From the NCBI GenBank assembly GCA_965205265.1, contig CBDBGH010000003.1:4928001-4992000 (forward strand): a stretch of 64,000 nt of DNA. Reading direction: 5' to 3'. The translations under genes were made by a program, and so were the position numbers. Of the stretch, positions 56,960 through 64,000 are shown in pieces; positions within the stretch are counted from its first letter, which is position 1; the number at the start of each line of letters is the position of its first letter. Source of the stretch: Alphaproteobacteria bacterium. Its GTDB lineage: Bacteria; Pseudomonadota; Alphaproteobacteria; Bin95. Below the pieces are notes generated by a model that worked only from the letters and a program-made list of their open reading frames with translations, made no database searches and was not told the origin of the DNA.

Positions 56960-58090
56960 TTGAAAGCCTTCAGCGACCTAGCCCGGCGGCTCCGCCGCCG
57001 GGGCCGGACCGGGGCCGCGCTGTTCGACGCATTGCTCGCGTTGTCGGCGTTCGCGGTGGTGGCGACGTTCGTTGTGCTCTTCATCCACCGCCAGGAGCAG
57101 GACGAGCTGGCGGAGGAGGCCGGCCGCCAGGTCGCCACCCTGGGGCACGTCGCGGCCCACTACGCCCGGACGCACTACGCCGACGTGCCCGCGACCTTTT
57201 CCCCGAATGCAAGACGGCTCCTGCCGGGCCTGCTCGAGAGCCGGGGCATCCTGCCGGAGGATTTCCCGACAACCGATGCGATGCGCCGCGATCTCCGTGT
57301 CTGGTATCGACGCGTCGGGACGCATCCGAACCACTCGAGCATCCAGGTGCTGGCGGGCCAGAGCCAGTTCGTGGGAGGCGGCGATACGCGGATTCCGCAT
57401 CGCGCGCTGTTCAGGAGCCAGGGCAGGGTGCGCCTCGGTCTTGTGCGGACGGACCCGGCTTCCTGTTCGGGACTGGGAACGACGGTGTCGCGGTGCCTGA
57501 TCGGGCCGACGGTTGCCGAAAGCCTGATGTCGGCGCCGTTCAACGCCGGCTGGATCGAGGAAGGCGCGATCATGGCCTTCTACGAAATCACCCGGGAAGA
57601 ATACTGCGGCGACCTCGTCCTGCGGGAGGCCACGGCCGTTTGCCCGAACTCGGCCGACCTCTCCGCCGATCTCGACATGACCGACAACGTGTTGAGGAGC
57701 GACGCCGGAGCGGGACAGCTGAGGGTCGGCAGCGCCGGCACCCCGTCGCGAATCACGGTCGGCAACGACATGGAAGCGGCTTCCTTGGATATAGCCATAT
57801 CGGGGACAAACCCCGGTGGCTTCGTGGTCGAAAGGGACATCATTGTCAGTGGCGCGCTAACGGTCAGCGGCGGGCTTGCCGTGTACGGCAATGTCGAGGC
57901 GGAAAACAATCTGACCGTAACGAGCACCTTCGACATCAAGGGCGACCTTGACGTGGAAGGCAGTGCGGATGCAACGACCGTTTTCGTGCGGAGGAACATG
58001 GATATCCGGGAAACGGGCGGAGAGAACCTGAATGTCGATTACCTGGGAGCCAACAACTGCACCGCCAACGGGTCGTCATGCAACGAATGA
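56960..58090 (+). CDS. PilV-like type IVb minor pilin
   Basis: Basic leader + G|AALFDALLAL; A.HY, G.LP..F, YCGD..LR; Gly/Val beta-helix-like C-terminus. Confidence 0.65.
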   Translation: MKAFSDLARRLRRRGRTGAALFDALLALSAFAVVATFVVLFIHRQEQDELAEEAGRQVATLGHVAAHYARTHYADVPATFSPNARRLLPGLLESRGILPEDFPTTDAMRRDLRVWYRRVGTHPNHSSIQVLAGQSQFVGGGDTRIPHRALFRSQGRVRLGLVRTDPASCSGLGTTVSRCLIGPTVAESLMSAPFNAGWIEEGAIMAFYEITREEYCGDLVLREATAVCPNSADLSADLDMTDNVLRSDAGAGQLRVGSAGTPSRITVGNDMEAASLDIAISGTNPGGFVVERDIIVSGALTVSGGLAVYGNVEAENNLTVTSTFDIKGDLDVEGSADATTVFVRRNMDIRETGGENLNVDYLGANNCTANGSSCNE

Positions 58091-58147
58091 CCGCTTGACT
58101 GCGGGCATCCCCGGCACGGTGGCCAAATCACAGGAGGCAATCTGGCG

Positions 58148-59917
58148 ATGATGAAAATTCCCATATCGCACGGGAGTCTGCCCCGCGCGGAGCCCGGACC
58201 CGTTCCGGGTGTCCGAGGAGGCGGGCTGTCCATGCTGGCCGCGGCGTTGTGCGCGGCGGCCATGCTCGCGACCTCCCTGCCGGCCGGTCCGGCGCGGGCC
58301 GCCGACGATATCGACTGGGACAACCGCCGCGATGCGGCGCGCGCGCATGCGAGCGCCATCACGCAGGCCTGGGGCGTCCTGGCGGCCTGGATCGAGCGGG
58401 AGCCGAACACCGGCGACCCGGATCTGACACAGGCCCGTGCTCCGCATCTGTGGGAGGACGGCACCTATAGCACGGAGCTGCTGAAGGCGGTGTACGACAA
58501 CACGGACAGCGACGAGGAGGTCTGGCTCGAGAACTGGTCGGGCCGCGGGCTGTCGTTCCGGTTCTGCGACCAGACACTGGCGGTCTTTGCGGATACGGAA
58601 CTTCGGGGGACCGACATGGCCACGGTGGCCGTCGAGGGCGGGCTCCAGCTGGTCAATGGCGCCGGCACCAGGGCCGAGGGTCTCCCGCAGTCGGGATACC
58701 CGGACGCCGTCATCCCTCTCTGCATGGGCCGACTGCCTCCCGGCACGGTGGCGCTGGTCTCGGGCGCCATCGATCCATTCGGATGGAACGCAACCCAGCG
58801 CAGGAACACCCAGGAGGACTGGGAATTGGGCTGCGCGTCGCCGGCGGTCGGGCTGACGGGCACCGTCGGCTCGGTGCGCTATTCGCAGACGGTTCCGATC
58901 GAATTGCATCCCTGGAGCGGCGCGGACATGGACCGCTGGCCGGGCCCGATGGGGGATGTGGCCTCCTGCGTGGACCGGGAGTCGGGCGACCTGTTCGACT
59001 TTGCCTGGACGGATGCGGACGGCCAGTCCCGCACGCGCAACGGCGTGGAAATCCCGGAGCACGGCAAGTGCAATCCGGAGGGGGTCGGCGGGGCGGGCAA
59101 CCATCTCGTCGCAGCCGCCGTGTTCGACCCGGCGAATGTCTGCCGGACGCCGACGGAAATCGAGGGCCGCAAGGCATCGAGATGGCACTTCTTCGACACG
59201 CTGTGCGCCGAGGCCGAAGCCGACGGCACGGCGCGAGATTCGAGCGTTTTCTTCGATGCCTCGGATTATGTCGGGACACCGTCACCGTCTCCCCTGACAC
59301 CGACGCCGCCGGCGTGCCGGTATGTTGCGGGCGGTGAAGGCGCGTCGTCTGCAAGCGGTTGCGGCTGCCCGTCCGCATACCGGCACGACCCCTATGCGGC
59401 GGCCGGCCGGAAGATCCGCAAGCACCGTATGGTCTGGAAGCAGGCCGGGAACGTGGTCGGCGCCGGTTCCTCCAGCTGGTCGGAGGCGCGCCAGCGCCTG
59501 CATCCGGATGCGGGCGGCGGCCCGACCGCCGACTGCGTCCGGCAGAACTTCGCGGACTGCTACAAGCTGGTGACCATTGCCTGCACCAGCGCCGAGGCAG
59601 CAAGCGTGTGGGGGATTGACCAAAGCATCAGCTACTCGGTCACCCAGCACACCGGTTACCGGGCACAAATAGCGAGGCCGGGGTCGCTCCTCGGCACTTC
59701 AGGGATAGAAGGCATCGACTGGGATTGGGGCAACCTGCCGCCGCAGACCCTCTCCGGGACCGCGACCGTCACCGGTAGCCTGGTCAAGCGGGTGTACCAC
59801 CCCCACAGCGGCGGCAGGGAGACGATCGACTCGAACACCTGCACATATGTGACGGGGCTCAGCGGCTCCGACGGCTGCAATTGGGGCGGTATGAGCGAGG
59901 ACGGCACCTGCATCTGA
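58148..59917 (+). CDS. Secreted Cys-rich putative pilus-tip adhesin
   Basis: Signal peptide, many Cys, follows the pilV-like gene. Confidence 0.55.
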   Translation: MMKIPISHGSLPRAEPGPVPGVRGGGLSMLAAALCAAAMLATSLPAGPARAADDIDWDNRRDAARAHASAITQAWGVLAAWIEREPNTGDPDLTQARAPHLWEDGTYSTELLKAVYDNTDSDEEVWLENWSGRGLSFRFCDQTLAVFADTELRGTDMATVAVEGGLQLVNGAGTRAEGLPQSGYPDAVIPLCMGRLPPGTVALVSGAIDPFGWNATQRRNTQEDWELGCASPAVGLTGTVGSVRYSQTVPIELHPWSGADMDRWPGPMGDVASCVDRESGDLFDFAWTDADGQSRTRNGVEIPEHGKCNPEGVGGAGNHLVAAAVFDPANVCRTPTEIEGRKASRWHFFDTLCAEAEADGTARDSSVFFDASDYVGTPSPSPLTPTPPACRYVAGGEGASSASGCGCPSAYRHDPYAAAGRKIRKHRMVWKQAGNVVGAGSSSWSEARQRLHPDAGGGPTADCVRQNFADCYKLVTIACTSAEAASVWGIDQSISYSVTQHTGYRAQIARPGSLLGTSGIEGIDWDWGNLPPQTLSGTATVTGSLVKRVYHPHSGGRETIDSNTCTYVTGLSGSDGCNWGGMSEDGTCI

Positions 59918-60010
59918 TGCAGGCCGGAATCGCTCGCGGAATGTCCGTGCGGCATTCGCACCCCCCCTTTGCACACGCACCGCGCTTCCCACAGGACAGG
60001 AAGGAGCATG

Positions 60011-60583
60011 AAATATTTCGAAGAAGATGACGGCGGCGGCATGGCGCTCGCCGCGCCGCCGGGGTACCGGAGTGTCAGTTGGATGCCGCTAGGGAATTTC
60101 TCGTCAGGCCGGTAGGCTGCGGGAGGCGGAGCGCCCCCGCACCGAGAAGGGCAACAGGGAGGCCGGGGCGATGGACGAGGATGAAAGGAGGGCGCTCAGA
60201 AGGTCCCTGAACGAGTCCGCGGTTGCCCACAACCTGGCGGTCGTTCTGCGGCACATGAAGGAGGCCGGTCTCGAGGAGATCGAGGTCGGCTTCATCGGGC
60301 GCTATGGGGAGGAGGACTGGCATACGTTGGAGGGGCACCCTTCCAGTGTCGAGCCGGAGGGCGAGGTGCGGGGAATCCGCTACGTCCGCAACCGGGAATG
60401 GACCCCGTCCCTGATCGAACTCGATCCCATGGAGTTCTGGGACGCGGTCGGGTTCCTCTGCGACGAGTTGCTGTGGCTCGAGCAGCCGGGCTGGAACCGG
60501 GAGGAGGGCAGTTCGGGGACGATCCATATCGGCGAGAGCGGCTATACGCTCGAGCTGGAGACGATGTCCTCCGGCAAGAGGGT
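60011..60583 (+). repeat. 573-bp direct repeat, left copy (target duplication of IS1634 copy 2)
   Basis: Matches 62500-63072; boundaries +/-1 bp. Confidence 0.95.
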
Positions 60584-60614
60584 CCTGACTTCGACGGTTG
60601 ATTCGCATAAGTAG
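60171..60614 (+). pseudogene. DUF6878-like gene, duplicated copy truncated by the IS (last codons IS-derived)
   Basis: Identical to 62660-63133 up to SGKRV. Confidence 0.85.
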
Positions 60615-62499
60615 TTGATATTGCCTGGTTCTCATTTCGGCTAGGCACTACATCCGGCATTTCTTCGAGCCGTGCTTCGTCGACGGTCAGGCGAGTTGAT
60701 ACGGGGTGATCGTCAGGGGCAGCCCCATGGTTGCGTAAATCTGCTCCGCCGCCGGTGTCGGCTTCGAGGGGATGACGTAGCGGTTGCCCGATTGCCGACA
60801 GCGCAGCAGGGAGCACTGGCGGTGGACGAGGGCGGAGCGGATGACCTCCGGGGACATCCGCCGCTTCTGGATGGCGACGCGGTACGCAAGGTGTCGAACG
60901 CAGGCGAAGGCCAGGAAGGCGATGGCGATGTGAGCGCGGATCCGGTCCGGGTTCCAGTGCCAGATGGGACGTATCTTCAGGTCGTGTTTGGTGATCCGGA
61001 AGCTCTCCTCGACCTGCCAGAGCCCCTGGTAGTGAGCCATCACTTCGGTGACGCGCGCGTCGCGCAGATTGGTGATGACGCCGGTGAGCCCGTCCCATCG
61101 TGCGGCCTCGGCGATCTTCTCCGGGTTCACCGTGAGCCGTGCGTCGCCCTCGACGGCGATGAAGCGCTTCGCCCCGTGATTGGAGAGCAGTTCCCTGGGA
61201 TTGTCGCTGCGGGCCAGCCTGTCGAGCAGGCGTTCCACCTGATGGCGGCGCTCGTGCGCGTCCTTGCGTGCGCGCTGGGGGCAGAAGACGACGATCAGGC
61301 GACGGCCCTTGTACTCCCACTCGCCGACCCGGCGGTCCTGTGAGCCCTCCAGCGGGGCATAGGTCCCGGGGTCGAGAACCTGCCCCAGCAGCGCGAGCGG
61401 CAGCTTGCGCAGCCGCGCGCCGACGACATACTCGCCGCCGATGGCGTCCATGGCGTCGAGGTTGTCGGCGCTCAGCATGCCCCGGTCGGCCACGCATACC
61501 GTGCGCTCCACCTGGTGGCGGCGCTGCATGTCCTGCAGGACCGGGACCATGCTGTGTCCCTCGTAGGTGGCGCCGGGGAAGACCTCGTAGCTGATCGGCA
61601 GCCCTTCGCGCGTCACCATCAGCGCCAGCAGAACCTGCGAGTCCTTGTGTTTGCCGTCCTTGCTGAAGCCGTGCTGGCGAAGCTCGTCCTCGGCGGCCGT
61701 CTCGAAGTAGAGCGTGGTGCAATCGAAGAAGAGGATCGCGACCGGCTCCGGCAGCAGCGACCGGCTCGCCTCGCCGACGCGCGTGCGCAGTCGCTCGATC
61801 ACCGTCGCGTCGAGCTGATCCATCATCCGGTAGACCTTCTCGAGCGGAAGACTCACGCCGAAGTCCTCCTCGAGCCGGCGCACGCTGCCCCGCTTGCTGT
61901 CGGGGTTGGCTACCCGCGCCATCACCACATGGAACAGCGCGTCATGGGAGGCCCGGTAGCGCGAGCGCGGCAGCAGCGCGTCGAGGCCCAGCAGCCGGTA
62001 GATCTCGCCATAGACCTCGTGGATGCCTGTGATCAGGCGCTGCTCCTCTTCAAGCTGCTTGAGGTCGACCGGGAGTTCCTCCTTGCCGTCCCCCCGGCGG
62101 CCGACACGGATCGCCTGCTCAGCGATCTTCTCGGGCGCAAACAATGCCGGCTGACGCTCGTCCTCCAGCTTCGCCTTGACGTACTCGCCGAGCTGCCTCA
62201 GGCGCTCGAGCTCGTCCTCGTCCATGGCCACGCCGACATGGCGGACGATGCGCTGTCGGACCTTGCCGCCGTCGCGCACGGCCTCGACGATCTGGACCGA
62301 GCGTCGCGGGCTGTTGGGGGAGGTCTTGATGCGCACGAACATGGGGGGAGTGTAGCGCGTGGCGGAGGCATTGACAGTCTCAAAGATTTACTAGGCACTA
62401 CAACGCAGCTTGACCGCACCGCAACTGCCAACTCATTGGCTTTACTGAAAACTCCAGACGCGAGATCGGTCAGAAGTCAGCCCAACCGTCGAAGTCAGG
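60584..62499 (-). mobile_element. IS1634-family insertion sequence, copy 2 (1916 bp)
   Basis: Same 17-bp TIRs; transposase identical to copy 1. Confidence 0.93.
60687..62342 (-). CDS. IS1634-family DDE transposase
   Basis: Identical 551-aa translation to 28581-30236. Confidence 0.95.
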   Translation of the reverse strand: MFVRIKTSPNSPRRSVQIVEAVRDGGKVRQRIVRHVGVAMDEDELERLRQLGEYVKAKLEDERQPALFAPEKIAEQAIRVGRRGDGKEELPVDLKQLEEEQRLITGIHEVYGEIYRLLGLDALLPRSRYRASHDALFHVVMARVANPDSKRGSVRRLEEDFGVSLPLEKVYRMMDQLDATVIERLRTRVGEASRSLLPEPVAILFFDCTTLYFETAAEDELRQHGFSKDGKHKDSQVLLALMVTREGLPISYEVFPGATYEGHSMVPVLQDMQRRHQVERTVCVADRGMLSADNLDAMDAIGGEYVVGARLRKLPLALLGQVLDPGTYAPLEGSQDRRVGEWEYKGRRLIVVFCPQRARKDAHERRHQVERLLDRLARSDNPRELLSNHGAKRFIAVEGDARLTVNPEKIAEAARWDGLTGVITNLRDARVTEVMAHYQGLWQVEESFRITKHDLKIRPIWHWNPDRIRAHIAIAFLAFACVRHLAYRVAIQKRRMSPEVIRSALVHRQCSLLRCRQSGNRYVIPSKPTPAAEQIYATMGLPLTITPYQLA

Positions 62500-63072
62500 A
62501 AATATTTCGAAGAAGATGACGGCGGCGGCATGGCGCTCGCCGCGCCGCCGGGGTACCGGAGTGTCAGTTGGATGCCGCTAGGGAATTTCTCGTCAGGCCG
62601 GTAGGCTGCGGGAGGCGGAGCGCCCCCGCACCGAGAAGGGCAACAGGGAGGCCGGGGCGATGGACGAGGATGAAAGGAGGGCGCTCAGAAGGTCCCTGAA
62701 CGAGTCCGCGGTTGCCCACAACCTGGCGGTCGTTCTGCGGCACATGAAGGAGGCCGGTCTCGAGGAGATCGAGGTCGGCTTCATCGGGCGCTATGGGGAG
62801 GAGGACTGGCATACGTTGGAGGGGCACCCTTCCAGTGTCGAGCCGGAGGGCGAGGTGCGGGGAATCCGCTACGTCCGCAACCGGGAATGGACCCCGTCCC
62901 TGATCGAACTCGATCCCATGGAGTTCTGGGACGCGGTCGGGTTCCTCTGCGACGAGTTGCTGTGGCTCGAGCAGCCGGGCTGGAACCGGGAGGAGGGCAG
63001 TTCGGGGACGATCCATATCGGCGAGAGCGGCTATACGCTCGAGCTGGAGACGATGTCCTCCGGCAAGAGGGT
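62500..63072 (+). repeat. 573-bp direct repeat, right copy
   Basis: Matches 60011-60583. Confidence 0.95.
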
Positions 63073-63133
63073 CTTCACGCGGATGCCGAAGGAGGCCCCG
63101 GGCGCGGATATGGACAGCCCCGGCTGCGGGTAA
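62660..63133 (+). CDS. DUF6878-like protein (intact copy)
   Basis: AHNLAVV...IEVGF.G...PGWNREEGSSGTI. Confidence 0.65.
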   Translation: MDEDERRALRRSLNESAVAHNLAVVLRHMKEAGLEEIEVGFIGRYGEEDWHTLEGHPSSVEPEGEVRGIRYVRNREWTPSLIELDPMEFWDAVGFLCDELLWLEQPGWNREEGSSGTIHIGESGYTLELETMSSGKRVFTRMPKEAPGADMDSPGCG

Positions 63134-63165
63134 TACCGGGCTGCGCAGAAAAAAGGAGGCGACAG

Positions 63166-63693
63166 ATGGCCGGTGAGTTGGAGGAGTTCTCCTTTCCGCC
63201 CTGGATGGTGGAGAAGGTCATGGAAAAGCTGACGCGCCTGCGCGAGACCTGGGACACGGTCTCGCGCCATAACCTTGCCGCTGTCCATGAGTGCATGGAG
63301 CGCAGCGGCCTGGTCGCGGCGGAGTATGAATTCGACGGCCAGCATGATGACGGGGCCATCCGTCTGGCGGCGCTGCAGCCGCCGGATGCGGACCTGTCCG
63401 CTGTGGCCGAAGGGATGCTCGCTTACCGGGAGATCAATGAGGAGATCGAGATCCTCGATCTCGGGGCGGTACCCCTCGGCGAAGCGCTCGGGCATGTGGC
63501 CTGGGGTGTCATGCAGGCGCACTACGGCGGCTGGGAGACGAATGAAGGCGCGCTGGGCACGCTGACGGTTTCGCGCGACGCGGCGACCGTGAAGATCCGG
63601 CCGGGCCGGGTCGGCAGACCGGAGGTGCTGACCGTCGAGGGGCGGCGCCTGGACCTTCGTCCGGCACCGGGGGACGGCAGCCCCGGACCCTGA
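63166..63693 (+). CDS. DUF6878-like protein
   Basis: RHNL...FDGQHDDG...GGWETNEGALGTL; AAGGAGG RBS. Confidence 0.72.
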   Translation: MAGELEEFSFPPWMVEKVMEKLTRLRETWDTVSRHNLAAVHECMERSGLVAAEYEFDGQHDDGAIRLAALQPPDADLSAVAEGMLAYREINEEIEILDLGAVPLGEALGHVAWGVMQAHYGGWETNEGALGTLTVSRDAATVKIRPGRVGRPEVLTVEGRRLDLRPAPGDGSPGP

Positions 63694-63791
63694 CGGGCGA
63701 CGGGCCGAATTTACCGTCCCGCATTAGGATTTTCATGGATTGCTTCTATGGTTGTCCCGGAACGGCCAGCGGTCCGGGAGGGCGGTTTTCG

Positions 63792-64000
63792 ATGGGCATG
63801 TCACCGGAAGACGGGCGGGAGGCCTGCAAGGCGGTCGCGCTGCACAATATAGGCGTTCTGCGCTCTTTCCTTGCCGAACAGGGCGTCGGCACGGTCGATA
63901 TCGCGTTCAACGGCTGCGGGGATGAGGGGATGATCGGGGACATCGAGACCCCGGAAGACCCCGAGGAGATATTCTCCGCGGCACGGTTTGCCGACGCGAG
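63792..64000 (+). CDS. DUF6878-like protein, 5' part; runs off the window end
   Basis: Manual translation: LHNIGVLRSFLAEQGVGTVDIAFNGCGDEGMI. Confidence 0.7.
   Translation, partial: MGMSPEDGREACKAVALHNIGVLRSFLAEQGVGTVDIAFNGCGDEGMIGDIETPEDPEEIFSAARFADA

Noticed and set aside
56960-60010. Shufflon after pilV
   Set aside because: No invertase, no repeated crossover sites, no inverted alternative C-termini seen
1-64000. oriT, relaxase, replication initiator, integrase, tRNA/rRNA
   Set aside because: None recognised, so plasmid versus ICE cannot be decided from this window

Overview
High-GC segment of a large conjugative element (plasmid or ICE); an alphaproteobacterial host is inferred, not shown. 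It carries a dispersed IncI/Dot-Icm-like (type IVB) transfer system (icmO/dotL, icmP/dotM, trbB-like thioredoxin, dotA/traY, traL/traW-like, icmD-like) and type IVb pilus genes (two TcpQ/PilL-like, pilN, pilO, pilV-like plus a Cys-rich adhesin). Also present: topoisomerase III, a thermonuclease, parA with a small partner, a VbhA-Fic pair, a Slam exporter with two TbpB-like lipoproteins, and cargo operons (ankyrins, RNA ligase, C5-methyltransferase/deoxyribosyltransferase/DUF1489/radical-SAM cluster, DUF6878-like paralogues). There are two matching 1916-bp IS1634-family copies, one flanked by a 573-bp direct repeat. Structure that gene calls do not explain: (i) an 11-bp palindromic operator repeated upstream of parA and built into six cargo promoters; (ii) a GTTTCCCCAT motif before five transfer/pilus transcription units; (iii) Pro/Gly/acidic C-terminal tails on many unrelated cargo proteins (candidate T4BSS export signal); (iv) a cas-less CRISPR-like repeat cluster; (v) two perfect ~30-bp inverted repeats enclosing gene starts. 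All family assignments are from motif recognition by eye; no database searches were run. No rRNA or tRNA was recognised.
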